DNA from: Deltaproteobacteria bacterium
GTDB lineage: Bacteria; Desulfobacterota; Syntrophia; Syntrophales; Smithellaceae
Direction: 5' to 3'
Assembly: GCA_025361065.1 (NCBI GenBank)
Contig: JANYAY010000064.1
Span: 40,086 to 104,085 of the forward strand
Length of the DNA stretch: 64,000 bases
A program made the translations under genes and the position numbers. The notes beneath the pieces are model-generated. The model was not told where the DNA came from. It ran no database searches and saw only the letters and a program-made list of their open reading frames with translations. Below, in pieces: positions 9,450-19,942 of the stretch (within the stretch, counting starts at the first letter, position 1; each line of letters begins with the position of its first letter).

Positions 9450-10673
9450 TTATGAAGATTTTTTTTCTAAACCAAAAGTATCATGGAGAACCATTATAGC
9501 CAGTTCCGTATATTTTCTTTGGATAATGCAGGAGATCTTAATTTCTGACGTGCTGATCATCATAATATTAATTCCCTCATCAGCTAGTGCTGAAAACATT
9601 TTTGCTGCAACACCGGCGTGGCTGGCCATACCAACACCAATTATGGATACTTTGGAAACTTGATCATCTACTTCGACTTTTTTCGCCCCAATTGTTTCCG
9701 CAGTTTTCTGTATAATTTTTTGTGCTTCTGTTAAATCTTTCTTGGAAACCGTAAAAGTAACGTCGGTAAAACCTTCCAAACTGACGTTCTGAATAATCAT
9801 ATCGACAATAATATTTTGTTGTGACAATGGCGTAAATAACTTGGCTGCAACACCCGGCTTATCCGGAACGTGTACTACAGTGATTTTGGCCTGATCTCTA
9901 TCATAAGTTATACCTGATAATATTTCTCTTTCCATATCCTTATCCTCCTTAGTTACAAGCGTTCCGCCTTCATCGGAAAATGTCGACTTCACATATATTG
10001 GAACATCATATTTTTTTGCCATTTCTACTGAACGTGGCTGTAAAACCTTGGCGCCGGTCATGGCCATTTCCAGCATTTCATCATAAGAAATTTTATCTAT
10101 CCGCCGTGCTTTATTACAAATATTGGGATCAGTTGTATAAACGCCGTCTACATCGGTATATATATCACACTGATCGGCATTTAAAACTGCGGCCAGAGCT
10201 ACTGCACTGGTATCCGAACCGCCGCGGCCAAGAGTTGTTATATTGTTATCTTTATCAACACCTTGAAAACCTGCAACTACTACAATTGTTCCCTGTTTTA
10301 ATTCTTTTCTGATTATTTCAGTATCAACAGATAAAATTCTGGCTCTTTTGTGAGCATTATCAGTCAGGAATTTAACCTGAGAACCCAAAAATGATTTTGC
10401 CCGATAGCCCAGCGAATTCAATACTATTGCCAGCAAAGTCACGGTAACTTGTTCGCCCGTGGAAATTAAAGCATCATATTCTCTTTCATCAGGGAATTCT
10501 GTCGCCTTATGCGCCAGGGCAATCAACTTGTCTGTTTCACCGGACATTGCCGATAAGACCACAACGACTTCGTTGCCTGCCTTTTTCTCGCGGATTACTT
10601 TTGCGGCTACATTTTTTATTTTATCTACGTCTGCAACCGATGTTCCGCCAAATTTTTGAACAACCAATGCCAT
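9450..10673 (-). CDS. lysC: aspartate kinase
   Basis: [13 protein letters not shown] start and [15 protein letters not shown] are present, with C-terminal tandem ACT domains. The start was trimmed to the Met at 10673, just after the tsaE stop. Confidence 0.92.
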   Translation of the reverse strand: MALVVQKFGGTSVADVDKIKNVAAKVIREKKAGNEVVVVLSAMSGETDKLIALAHKATEFPDEREYDALISTGEQVTVTLLAIVLNSLGYRAKSFLGSQVKFLTDNAHKRARILSVDTEIIRKELKQGTIVVVAGFQGVDKDNNITTLGRGGSDTSAVALAAVLNADQCDIYTDVDGVYTTDPNICNKARRIDKISYDEMLEMAMTGAKVLQPRSVEMAKKYDVPIYVKSTFSDEGGTLVTKEDKDMEREILSGITYDRDQAKITVVHVPDKPGVAAKLFTPLSQQNIIVDMIIQNVSLEGFTDVTFTVSKKDLTEAQKIIQKTAETIGAKKVEVDDQVSKVSIIGVGMASHAGVAAKMFSALADEGINIMMISTSEIKISCIIQRKYTELAIMVLHDTFGLEKKSS

Positions 10674-10678
10674 TTGTC

Positions 10679-11176
10679 TTATCCTCCGTTTTTCATATCC
10701 GTACAAAGTTCTTTTAGTCTTTGCTGCTGACCTTTGATAGTTATTTTTCTTTTTTCGTCGTCAATATATTCAAATTTAATGAAAATTGCCGCCTCCGGAA
10801 TAATTTGAATAATCTTTTCCGCCCACTCAATAACTACGACACCATGCCCTGCAAAATATTCATCGTATCCCAGATCTTCCATGTCCGAATAGTCGTTAAG
10901 CCGGTAAACATCAAAATGATATAGCTTGCATTTTGCCGGATATTCATTAATCAAGGTAAATGTTGGACTTGTGATTTGATAATTTTCACTAACTCCCAAC
11001 CCACGGGCCAAACCGGCGGTAAAGCAAGTCTTGCCGGACCCAAGCTCCCCTGATAAGGCCAATATATCACCTTCTCGTAATTTTTCTCCAATTCTGCGGG
11101 CAAATACGAAAGTTTCATTCGCACTGCCTGTTATTATCTGAATTGATTTTTCCTGTTCCATAGAAAATGGCGGCAA
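10679..11176 (-). CDS. tsaE: tRNA t6A37 biosynthesis ATPase TsaE
   Basis: [20 protein letters not shown]-loop, [10 protein letters not shown] and HFDVYRL motifs. The exact start is uncertain (an alternative Met is 5 codons in). Confidence 0.85.
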   Translation of the reverse strand: MPPFSMEQEKSIQIITGSANETFVFARRIGEKLREGDILALSGELGSGKTCFTAGLARGLGVSENYQITSPTFTLINEYPAKCKLYHFDVYRLNDYSDMEDLGYDEYFAGHGVVVIEWAEKIIQIIPEAAIFIKFEYIDDEKRKITIKGQQQRLKELCTDMKNGG

Positions 11177-11189
11177 TCTAGCACTTTAT

Positions 11190-11570
11190 TTATTTTTTTT
11201 CCAATAAAACAATGGCGGAGGCAAAACTTCTGGTATGGGTTAAACTCAAATGCACTTGCACAATATTTCTGTTTTCAATTTGAGCTTTCGCTTCACCCCA
11301 CAAAACAAGATCCGGCTTGCCGTTTTTATCATTCACAACTTCAATATCCGTTAATTTTACACCTCTTCCCAAACCGATACCTAAAGCTTTAACAAAAGAC
11401 TCTTTAGCCGCAAATCGCGCACCATAGTTGATAGATGCCTGTGCATGCTTTTCACAATAATTTATTTCGCCTTCGGAAAAAACTCGTTGCAGAAATTTAG
11501 ATCCCCACTTAGCGATAATCCGGGCCAAACGATCATTATCCACTAAATCAATTCCAATGCCGTAGATCAT
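11190..11570 (-). CDS. acpS: holo-[acyl-carrier-protein] synthase
   Basis: MIYGIGIDLV, FAAKESFVKALG and LSLTHT motifs in 126 aa. Confidence 0.9.
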   Translation of the reverse strand: MIYGIGIDLVDNDRLARIIAKWGSKFLQRVFSEGEINYCEKHAQASINYGARFAAKESFVKALGIGLGRGVKLTDIEVVNDKNGKPDLVLWGEAKAQIENRNIVQVHLSLTHTRSFASAIVLLEKK

Positions 11571-11658
11571 TTCTCCCTCTTTATTAAGTTAGAAATTATT
11601 TTCTACGTTATTCCAACAGTAAATAATTTCATTAACACACTTATCCCGCCTGGCGGGT

Positions 11659-12852
11659 TTATGAATGGAGAATTGCATCCGTAACCGCCACAATTTTTTT
11701 CATAGCGGCAACATCGTGGACTCGGATAATATGACAGCCATTCATTATTGACGCAACAGTTGTAGCCATTGTGCCTTCTATTCTTTCTTGTGGTTCACCG
11801 CCCGTCACTTTGCCGATAAATGATTTGCGGGATGTTCCGATCATTATCGGCAATCCCAGGGTTCTTAATTCTGCAAGATTATTAATTATCCGGTAATTAT
11901 CTTCGGATGTTTTCCCAAAACCGATCCCCGGATCAATTACCAAATATTCTTTTTCTATTCCTGTAAATATTGCTTTTTCTATACTTATTTTAAGAAAAGT
12001 GATTATTTCACCCATTAAATTATTATATGTTAAGTCTCCTTTTTGCATGTTCCGCGGCTTACCCCGCATATGCATGAGAATCATTGCGACCTGGCCTTCT
12101 TTCACAGTTTGCGCCATATTCTTATCTTTATGTCCACCACTTACATCATTTACTATTTCTGCACCGGCGGCAATTGCCTCGCAGGCCACATCGGCTTTGG
12201 TGGTGTCAATGGAAACAGGTATTTTTGTCTGCCTTGTAATCTCTCTAATTACAGGGAGAACTCGTTTTAATTCTTCCTTCGCAGAAACAGCTGCGGCACC
12301 CGGTCGCGTTGATTCTCCGCCAATGTCGATAATATCTGCGCCCTGGGCAATCATTTGCAATCCATGATCGATTGCTTTTTGTTGATTATAAAAAAGGCCG
12401 CCATCGGAAAAGGAATCGGGAGTCACATTCAAAATACCCATGATCTTTGTTTTGTGCCCTAAGGGAATTTCCCGGCGCGATGTCTTTAATGTAAATTCTG
12501 TTTGGCTGACATTATTGAGAACTTCTAGAAGATCCTGCGAAATAAGATTTAGTCCAAATGGCTGTTTGGCGATTTTTCGGGTCAGGGCTGTAATCTGCTT
12601 AATTGTACCCATAATTAAAATATCTGTCGAAGAAACACTATTTCCGACACTTCCCCGGGCCACGGCGGCATCGCCGCCCACTGACAACATTTCCTGTTTG
12701 ATGATATTTGCTATCTTGCATGGTTTGTTTTCCAGGAGGATATTGATATTTATTATTTTGGGTAACATGGCGTCAATTCCGTAAGGATCGACGCCGATCT
12801 TTTTAAAAATCGCCGTACCTTGAGCCGAATCTCTAATATTAATGATTTTCAC
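11659..12852 (-). CDS. folP: dihydropteroate synthase with an N-terminal extension of about 125 aa
   Basis: The C-terminal 270 aa has GILNVTPDSFSDGG, DIGGESTRPG, NDVSGG and RVHDV motifs. The N-terminal region is not assigned to any family. Confidence 0.88.
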   Translation of the reverse strand: MKIINIRDSAQGTAIFKKIGVDPYGIDAMLPKIININILLENKPCKIANIIKQEMLSVGGDAAVARGSVGNSVSSTDILIMGTIKQITALTRKIAKQPFGLNLISQDLLEVLNNVSQTEFTLKTSRREIPLGHKTKIMGILNVTPDSFSDGGLFYNQQKAIDHGLQMIAQGADIIDIGGESTRPGAAAVSAKEELKRVLPVIREITRQTKIPVSIDTTKADVACEAIAAGAEIVNDVSGGHKDKNMAQTVKEGQVAMILMHMRGKPRNMQKGDLTYNNLMGEIITFLKISIEKAIFTGIEKEYLVIDPGIGFGKTSEDNYRIINNLAELRTLGLPIMIGTSRKSFIGKVTGGEPQERIEGTMATTVASIMNGCHIIRVHDVAAMKKIVAVTDAILHS

Positions 12853-12908
12853 GTGAACATCTCAAATACAATTGTTTTCAGAGATACATCCGGCAAAGAA
12901 GTAAAGCA

Positions 12909-14741
12909 TTATGATACTAAGCCTTTGAAGTCTTCTATTGGCGGCTGTTTTGGCAGAGCATTACCGATCAGAGCATCGATTTCCGCACCGTTTAATACTT
13001 CTTTCTCGAGAAGTTCGGCTGCTATTTTATTCAGTATATCTATATGTCCATTCAGAAGATTTTTTGCTTTTTCATAATTGCGCATAACTAATGACTGAAC
13101 TTCGACATCGATTGTTCTTGCTGTTTCTTCGCTGTAATCCTTATGAGTAGCAAATTCCCGGCCCAGGAATATTTGTTCTTCTTTTTTCCCATAGCTCAGC
13201 GGTCCCAACTTTTCGCTCATCCCCCATTCACATACCATTTTTCTGGCAAGATTTGTCGCCCGTTCGATATCATTGCCCGCTCCGGTTGTAAAATCATGCA
13301 GGACTATTTCTTCCGCTGCGCGTCCGCCTAAAAGGATTGTTATGTTATTATCTAAATATTGCCTTGGATAAGTATGTTTTTCATCAATCGGCAATTGCTG
13401 GGTTAATCCTAAAGCTCTTCCCCGGGGTATAATCGTTACCTTATGAATAGGATCAGTGCCAGGCATTAAACGGGCAACCAGAGCATGGCCTGTTTCATGG
13501 TAAGCCGTGTTGCGCTTTTCCAGATCACTGATGACCATACTTTTTCTTTCCGTTCCCATTAAGATTTTATCCTTCGCAAATTCAAAATCACTCATATTGA
13601 CTTTATCTTTATTTACCCGTGCAGCACAAAGAACAGCTTCATTAACCAAATTCTCAATATCAGCTCCTGATGTTCCGGGTGTCCCTCTGGCCATAACGGC
13701 AAAATCAACATCATCAGCGATTGGTGCTTTACGGGAATGAACTTTAAAAATCATTTCTCTGCCTTTAACATCAGGTAGAGGTACTATGACCTGGCGATCA
13801 AACCGTCCCGGACGAAGCAGTGCCGGATCAAGGACATCGGGCCGGTTCGTAGCAGAAATAAGGATCACCCCTTCATTGGATTCAAAACCGTCCATTTCCA
13901 CCAGCAATTGATTTAGTGTCTGTTCTCTTTCGTCGTGGCCACCACCCAGGCCTGCTCCCCGATGCCGGCCAACTGCATCTATTTCATCAATAAAAATAAT
14001 ACAAGGCGCATTCTTCTTGGCCTGGCCGAATAAATCGCGGACACGCGAAGCTCCGACACCGACAAACATTTCCACAAAATCAGAACCGCTGATACTTAAG
14101 AAAGGGACATCGGCTTCACCGGCAATAGCACGAGCCAAAAGAGTTTTGCCGGTTCCGGGAGGACCGACCAGCAACAAACCTTTAGGAATTCTTCCGCCGA
14201 GTTTTGTGTATTTTTTAGGATCTTTTAAGAAATCAATCACTTCTTCTAATTCGGCTTTGGCTTCGTCAATACCGGCAACATCGGCAAAAGTGACTTTCTT
14301 TGATTTATCTGTAATTAAACGTGCCCGGCTTTTTCCAAAGGCCATTGCTTTACCACCGCCGGACTGCATCTGACGCATAAAGAAAATCCAGACACCAATA
14401 AGTAAAAGCATCGGAAACCAGGAGACCAGAAGGGTCATATACCAGGGAGATTCTTCCGGAGGCTTGGCAGTAATCTTCACACCTTTTTCCCGAAACTGGG
14501 TGACAACTTTATCATCTTTGGGAGCATATGTTTTAAAGATATTACCATTAGTTAATTTGCCGGTTATGTTCTCTCCCTGTATGGTTACTTCACTGATCTC
14601 GCCTTTTTCCAGAGAAGACAGCATTTCACTATAAATTATGTCCTTTTGTGAATTCCTGGGCTGGTTAAAAAGTTGCCAAACAAGTAAAAAGACCAGCAGG
14701 ACGGTAAGAACAAGAGCAATATTTTTTTGAAGCTGGTTCAA
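12909..14741 (-). CDS. ftsH: ATP-dependent zinc metalloprotease FtsH
   Basis: Two TM segments, AAA Walker A GPPGTGKT, Walker [12 protein letters not shown], and the zinc motif HETGHA. It has a TTG start with an AAGGAG Shine-Dalgarno. Confidence 0.95.
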   Translation of the reverse strand: MNQLQKNIALVLTVLLVFLLVWQLFNQPRNSQKDIIYSEMLSSLEKGEISEVTIQGENITGKLTNGNIFKTYAPKDDKVVTQFREKGVKITAKPPEESPWYMTLLVSWFPMLLLIGVWIFFMRQMQSGGGKAMAFGKSRARLITDKSKKVTFADVAGIDEAKAELEEVIDFLKDPKKYTKLGGRIPKGLLLVGPPGTGKTLLARAIAGEADVPFLSISGSDFVEMFVGVGASRVRDLFGQAKKNAPCIIFIDEIDAVGRHRGAGLGGGHDEREQTLNQLLVEMDGFESNEGVILISATNRPDVLDPALLRPGRFDRQVIVPLPDVKGREMIFKVHSRKAPIADDVDFAVMARGTPGTSGADIENLVNEAVLCAARVNKDKVNMSDFEFAKDKILMGTERKSMVISDLEKRNTAYHETGHALVARLMPGTDPIHKVTIIPRGRALGLTQQLPIDEKHTYPRQYLDNNITILLGGRAAEEIVLHDFTTGAGNDIERATNLARKMVCEWGMSEKLGPLSYGKKEEQIFLGREFATHKDYSEETARTIDVEVQSLVMRNYEKAKNLLNGHIDILNKIAAELLEKEVLNGAEIDALIGNALPKQPPIEDFKGLVS

Positions 14742-14799
14742 GATTTTTCTCCTTATAGTAATTCAGTTTAGTAGCCCTTATAATAATATCTCATTAATC

Positions 14800-16173
14800 T
14801 CAAATAATTTCTAACTCCAGAACATTTTTTGTTTTCGGAGTTATTTTCACCTGATCGTTCAAATGCATATTTTCTATCCATATGACTGCTTGCTGATCCA
14901 CCAGCAACATTATTTCATTGCGTTTTTGTTGAGTAATTTTATGATCAATAAAGAATGATTTAAGTTTTTGCCTCCCTGTCATACCGAGCGGTTGAAACCA
15001 GTCGCCCTCCCGGCGATTGCGCAAAACCAAGGGAAACTGAATTTTATCCCAATCTAAATAATCTTTGTTCTTAACATTGAAATTAATTTTGTTTTTTTCC
15101 ACCAATTGCAAACGAACAGTTAAATTTCTTTCTGCAAGATAAATTGAGCAGGGAATTTTAACTGAATATAAGTATTCAATCTGCTTTGCGCAAGCTTTTG
15201 TCCGTTCCAGAATTAGATTTTCATACTCGCGTCTGGCCTCAATGCCGAACGGCAGACATATTTTCTTTCCCGATTCCCTATTCTGCAACAGTTTGCCAAG
15301 AGAATTGATGTGCAAAAAAGTAATTCCATTTTTCTGCGAACTAAAATTTTCCAAAAGCTCTTTTAATAACCTCCTTTGGATAGCTAGAGGTAACATATTT
15401 AAATATTCAATATTTAGCACAATTTTATTTTTCTGCTTCTTGATGCAGGTTGATTTTAGTGCCTTATCTACATATTCCTTAATAAATTTATTCTCCTCAC
15501 GAAGAATTTCCGTCATCTGAGCCAGAGTCTCATCAATCTTCGGATTGTATTCATTTTTCAAATAGGGCAGAAGTTCCAAACGAATTTTATTGCGTAAATG
15601 AAGTTTGTTTTCATTAGAGCTATCCTTCCTATAATCAATGCCGGCTTCATCCAGGAAAGAAATAATTTCCTGCCGTGATACTTCAATAAGTGGGCGGATA
15701 TATTTGCCGTCGCGCAGAGGCATAATGCCTTTCAGCCCTTCCAAACCGCTGCCTCTCAATAAATGAAGTAATACTGTTTCAGCCTGATCCTGCAAATTGT
15801 GTCCCAGGGCAATCTTGCCAGCATGGTTACTTTTAGCCAAATCGTTAAAAAACTGATATCTCTCCCGGCGGTAAAAATCTTCGGGAGAAAGCCCCTTGGG
15901 CACTTCTGTTTTATCCATTTTCCGGGTAACAAAAGATAAATGTAATTTTTTTGCCAATCTGCGGGCTTCCCGTTCATCTTCTTTGGCCTCATCGCCTCGC
16001 AATCCATGATTAAAATGGGCAACGATCAATTGCAGAGCCATCTCCGGCGCTATTTGAGCAAGGATAACTGCCAGGGCTGTCGAATCAGGGCCACCGGATA
16101 GGCCCACTACCACTTTCTCATTTAGTTTTAATAAACCGTATTGCTTTATAGTTTGTTTTATTTTTTCAATCAT
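14800..16173 (-). CDS. tilS: tRNA(Ile)-lysidine synthetase
   Basis: PP-loop SGGPDS, with LHLRNKIR and the C-terminal TilS domain. The start was trimmed to the Met at 16173, 2 nt after the stop of the upstream HAD gene. Confidence 0.9.
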   Translation of the reverse strand: MIEKIKQTIKQYGLLKLNEKVVVGLSGGPDSTALAVILAQIAPEMALQLIVAHFNHGLRGDEAKEDEREARRLAKKLHLSFVTRKMDKTEVPKGLSPEDFYRRERYQFFNDLAKSNHAGKIALGHNLQDQAETVLLHLLRGSGLEGLKGIMPLRDGKYIRPLIEVSRQEIISFLDEAGIDYRKDSSNENKLHLRNKIRLELLPYLKNEYNPKIDETLAQMTEILREENKFIKEYVDKALKSTCIKKQKNKIVLNIEYLNMLPLAIQRRLLKELLENFSSQKNGITFLHINSLGKLLQNRESGKKICLPFGIEARREYENLILERTKACAKQIEYLYSVKIPCSIYLAERNLTVRLQLVEKNKINFNVKNKDYLDWDKIQFPLVLRNRREGDWFQPLGMTGRQKLKSFFIDHKITQQKRNEIMLLVDQQAVIWIENMHLNDQVKITPKTKNVLELEII

Positions 16174-16175
16174 AG

Positions 16176-16820
16176 CTAACAAAATAATGAACAAATCTCC
16201 CAAAGGTTTTCGCAATAATAATCGGCATCAGCAGCTAATAAATCTTCTCTCTTGCCGAGACCATTTAAATATGAGCAACTCAAGATTCCGGAGTTTTTAG
16301 CCAGGGTAATATCATTTATACCATCGCCGATTATAACCGTTTTTCCTTTCTCTGTGCCGTATTTCTCTAACAAATTATCCACTAAACGCTTATCCGGCTT
16401 CTTATAGGGAAAAGAGCCATCTCCGATTATTTCCACAAAGTATTTGTCTATTCCTAAACCCTGACTTATGGCCATGGTGAAATTATACCGTTTATTGGTT
16501 AGAATCACTTTCTTTTTATGCTCAAAATACTTCAATATCTCTTTCGCTCCCGGACACAGCACAGCATTGTCCAAAAGATGTTCGCCATAATAACTGCTGA
16601 ATATTTTAATCGCTTCCGGATAACAATGGAGATGATCGTTTCCTAATGCTCTTTCGATTAATTTTTTTACACCATCTCCGACATAAGAAATTATTTCCTC
16701 TTCCCTTTTGAATCCGAAGCCCAGCTGTTGCAACGTATAATTAACCGCGCAAGCCAGATCGGTACCTGTAGAGACCAGTGTGCCGTCGAAATCAAATATC
16801 ATTAAATCAACGTTTTTCAT
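16176..16820 (-). CDS. HAD-superfamily hydrolase (phosphoglycolate phosphatase-like)
   Basis: DFDGTLV motif I, TNK motif II, and GDGINDI motif IV. Confidence 0.8.
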   Translation of the reverse strand: MKNVDLMIFDFDGTLVSTGTDLACAVNYTLQQLGFGFKREEEIISYVGDGVKKLIERALGNDHLHCYPEAIKIFSSYYGEHLLDNAVLCPGAKEILKYFEHKKKVILTNKRYNFTMAISQGLGIDKYFVEIIGDGSFPYKKPDKRLVDNLLEKYGTEKGKTVIIGDGINDITLAKNSGILSCSYLNGLGKREDLLAADADYYCENLWEICSLFC

Positions 16821-16955
16821 TATTTCTCTCCTGTCGGCTATTATATAGCGAAGTAATTACTAAACACAAGGTTGTTTCTTGAATACTTCAACCGGGAAAT
16901 TTCCTGCCCAACAGATGAAAATATGCAGTCTTGAGCAGACTTAAATCATATTCCC

Positions 16956-16985
16956 TTGACAAGTCTTAATAGCAACTCCTATACT
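16956..16985 (+). promoter_or_regulatory. sigma70-like promoter (TTGACA-18 nt-TATACT) upstream of the metF-fusion gene
   Basis: TTGACA at 16956-16961 and TATACT at 16980-16985, 35 nt upstream of the ATG at 17020. This is a sequence match only. Confidence 0.5.
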
Positions 16986-17019
16986 CCAACTTTCAGAAAT
17001 AAATTGGAAGTTATGACAA

Positions 17020-18861
17020 ATGGCGGACAAACTGACTCTTAAGGACCATCTCCGGGAGCATCTGATTGTGGGCGACGGGGCCATGGCCAGCTGGCTTTAC
17101 CAGAAGGGCATCCCCATCGGCCAGTGTTGCGAAGAATTGAATCTCTCCCGTCCCGATCTTATTTTGAATACTCATCGAGAATACTATGAAGCCGGTGCCC
17201 GCCTGATCGAGACTAACACCTTCGGGGCTAATCGCGATGCCCTGTCGCGCCATGGCCTGGAAGACAGCGTTTACCGAATCAATTGGAAAGCAGCAGGTCT
17301 CGCCCGGGAGGCAATGGGGCCGGACGCCTGGGTTATGGGTAGCATGACCGCTATCAGCGCCGGTCGGGTACGTCATGAAATCCTTCCGGGACATCGGGAG
17401 TTGTTTATTGAACAGGCCGAAGCGCTCCTCGCCGGAGGTGTGGACGGTCTGATCATGGAGACCTTCCTCGACCTGGCAGAATTGATTCTGGCCCTGACTG
17501 CCGTGCGTTCACTTACTGATTTGCCTATCATTGCCCAGCTGGCTTGTATGGAGGTGGGAAAAACCCGGGATGGCTTTACCATCACGGAATCTTTTCGGCA
17601 GCTGTCCGATGCCGGGGCCGACATTCTGGGCCTCAACTGTCGTCTGGGTCCAGGCGAGTTATTGCGTACCATGGAGCAGACCATCGTACCTGAGGGCATG
17701 ATCCTTTCCGTTTTCCCCAACGCCGGCCGCTTGGGTCTTATGGAAGGTGAATTCGGATATACTTCTTCTCCCACATACTTCGCGGAACGCGCCCTGAGTT
17801 TCCGTGATCAGGGTATCAGAATCATTGGTGGCTGCTGCGGCACGACTCCGGAACACATCCGCGCCGTAGCCTGCGCCTTGAATGGGTTACCTCCTTTAGC
17901 CCGCATCAATCCTGCGCAATTGCGGGAGCCGGAGCCGACATTGCAAGCCGCTGTCTCCGTACGTGGGGAAACCAACACTATTTTGGAAATGGTAAAGCAG
18001 CGCCCTACTGTACTTGTCGAATTCGATCCGCCGAAAGACCTGAATATTGAACAATACATGATCGGTGCAGCATCTCTGCAGGATGCCGGGGCGGATGTCA
18101 TAACCATGGCCGACAACTCCCTGGCCCAAACCCGGATGAGTAATCTGGCCCTGGGGGCCATCGTCAAGATGCGTCTGGGAATAGATCCGCTCGTCCACAT
18201 CGCTTGTCGGGATCGCAATCTCATCGGTCAACAGTCCCATCTCATGGGGCTTCATGCCCTGGGCATCCATCATATCCTGGTTGTGACTGGAGACCCCGCG
18301 CGTTTCGGCGACCTCCCCGGCGCCAGTTCGGTCTTTGATGTCTCTTCCTTTGACCTGATCCGCATGGTCAAGCAGCTCAACGGCGGCATCTCCTTTTCCG
18401 GCCAGTCTCTCCAGGAGCGGGGCCATTTTGTTGTCGGGGCTGCCTTCAATCCCCACGTCAACAACCTGGAAAGTGCCTTCAATCGTCTGGAGAGAAAGAT
18501 AGAGGCGGGAGCAGATTTCATTTTGACCCAACCTGTATACGACAGGGCCACAATCGAGATGATCGCGGACAGAACCCGGCATTTGCCCGTACCAATCTTC
18601 ATAGGCATAATGCCCATAACCAGCGCCCGCAATGCCGAGTTCCTCCACAACGAAGTACCGGGAATCAGACTTACGGAAGATGTTTTCAAGCGAATGGGCA
18701 AGTACCCCGCTGCCGGACCGGATGCCCGCAAAGAAGGCCTGGACATTGCCAGGGAACTGGTGGATGTTTCCCGGGAATGCTTCCGGGGATTTTATTTAAT
18801 GACCCCTTTCTCTTATTACGAGATGACCGCTGAGTTGACACGCTATCTCAAAAAGACGTAA
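17020..18861 (+). CDS. bifunctional homocysteine S-methyltransferase domain / 5,10-methylenetetrahydrofolate reductase (YitJ-like fusion)
   Basis: 613 aa. The N-terminal Hcy-binding domain has ETNTFGAN...GGCCGTTPEHI. The C-terminal MTHFR domain has VEFDPPK...LVVTGDP...TQPVYD. G+C is markedly high: 37 of 60 in line 17041-17100. Confidence 0.85.
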   Translation: MADKLTLKDHLREHLIVGDGAMASWLYQKGIPIGQCCEELNLSRPDLILNTHREYYEAGARLIETNTFGANRDALSRHGLEDSVYRINWKAAGLAREAMGPDAWVMGSMTAISAGRVRHEILPGHRELFIEQAEALLAGGVDGLIMETFLDLAELILALTAVRSLTDLPIIAQLACMEVGKTRDGFTITESFRQLSDAGADILGLNCRLGPGELLRTMEQTIVPEGMILSVFPNAGRLGLMEGEFGYTSSPTYFAERALSFRDQGIRIIGGCCGTTPEHIRAVACALNGLPPLARINPAQLREPEPTLQAAVSVRGETNTILEMVKQRPTVLVEFDPPKDLNIEQYMIGAASLQDAGADVITMADNSLAQTRMSNLALGAIVKMRLGIDPLVHIACRDRNLIGQQSHLMGLHALGIHHILVVTGDPARFGDLPGASSVFDVSSFDLIRMVKQLNGGISFSGQSLQERGHFVVGAAFNPHVNNLESAFNRLERKIEAGADFILTQPVYDRATIEMIADRTRHLPVPIFIGIMPITSARNAEFLHNEVPGIRLTEDVFKRMGKYPAAGPDARKEGLDIARELVDVSRECFRGFYLMTPFSYYEMTAELTRYLKKT

Positions 18862-19000
18862 CGCAGCACTTAACTTAAAGATCATTTTCAAATATTGTTT
18901 GACTACCTTTATCGCTTGTGTTATCAAACTTTCACCGCTTGGATCCCTTGATTAGACTGAGACGGCATTTAACCTAATACCATACTACTGTCTTGATAAA

Positions 19001-19030
19001 GGTCTTCCGTTTGCGGGAGACCTTTTTTTT
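19001..19030 (+). terminator. intrinsic terminator hairpin + T8, 9 nt upstream of the next start codon
   Basis: GGTCTTCCG-TTTG-CGGGAGACC forms a 9-bp stem with one G-U pair, followed by TTTTTTTT (19023-19030). Confidence 0.75.
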
Positions 19031-19039
19031 GGGCTGGGA

Positions 19040-19942
19040 ATGAAAAATAAATATTCATATAAATTTGCTATCATCGGCCTCGGTAAGGTGGGAACGGCAA
19101 TCGGCCATTTATTGAATAAATCAGGTCATAATATTATCGCTATTTCCGATAAATCTAATGCTGCTTTAAAGAAAGCCCTACCCTACACCGGTGGAAAAGC
19201 TTTTCTTGACTCCAAGCAAGCCGTAATTGGAGCTGATTGCATTTTAATTACTACTCCCGACGATAATATCTCTAGTGCCTGCAATGAAATTGCTGATTCC
19301 AAGCTGATCAAAGAAAAATTTGTTTTTCATATGAGCGGCGCCGGGGGGCTTGATCTTCTGGATTCGGCGAAGAGAGCCGGTGCTGTTATTGCCAGTATTC
19401 ATCCGCTGCAAAGTTTTTCATCAATTGATACTGCCATTAATAACATTCCCGGCAGTATTTTTGGAATTACAGCAAATAAAAAAGTTCAAAAACAGGCTGG
19501 AATAATTGTCCGCGATCTGAATGGCATTCCTGTTTTTATTACGCCTGCGCAAAAGCCTCTCTACCACGCTGCAGCTTGCTTTGCTTCCAATTATCTGGTT
19601 TCATTATTAAACGTTGTTGAATCAATCTATGAATCGATTGGCATAAGTAAAGCAGACGCGCGAAAAGCTTATTTACCTTTAATTTATGGTACTTTGCAAA
19701 ATGTCGAAACCTCCGGCTCAATTCAAGCACTCACCGGCCCGATTGCCCGTGGTGATGCCGGTACAATCGAAAAACATCTGGCAGCACTGAAGAAGACACA
19801 ATCTCAATATTCTTCTCTTTATTCTGCATTGGGACTGATTACGACAATCATTGCCCAAAAAAAAGGCACACTATCTGCAAAAAAGGCCAAAATAATTAAT
19901 GATCTATTGAAAGGAGATACCGAGCATGAGCACTCACACTAA
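19040..19942 (+). CDS. Rossmann-fold NAD(P)-binding protein with a DUF2520-like C-terminal domain
   Basis: The N-terminus [14 protein letters not shown] is a dinucleotide-binding motif. The C-terminus has LTGPIARGD, typical of the DUF2520 family as I recall it. It overlaps panB by 17 nt. Confidence 0.7.
   Translation: MKNKYSYKFAIIGLGKVGTAIGHLLNKSGHNIIAISDKSNAALKKALPYTGGKAFLDSKQAVIGADCILITTPDDNISSACNEIADSKLIKEKFVFHMSGAGGLDLLDSAKRAGAVIASIHPLQSFSSIDTAINNIPGSIFGITANKKVQKQAGIIVRDLNGIPVFITPAQKPLYHAAACFASNYLVSLLNVVESIYESIGISKADARKAYLPLIYGTLQNVETSGSIQALTGPIARGDAGTIEKHLAALKKTQSQYSSLYSALGLITTIIAQKKGTLSAKKAKIINDLLKGDTEHEHSH

Noticed and set aside
16821-17019. Possible SAM/SAH riboswitch upstream of the metF-fusion gene
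   Set aside because: The distance from the predicted -10 element (16980-16985) to the ATG is only about 35 nt, too short for any known SAM-class aptamer. I saw no conserved S-box-like helices.
17373-18746. Several long minus-strand ORFs (up to 250 aa) inside the metF-fusion gene
   Set aside because: These are typical stop-poor antisense frames of a GC-rich gene. They are Arg/Pro/Ser/Gly-rich with no motifs, and the plus-strand frame has clear Hcy-methyltransferase and MTHFR motifs.
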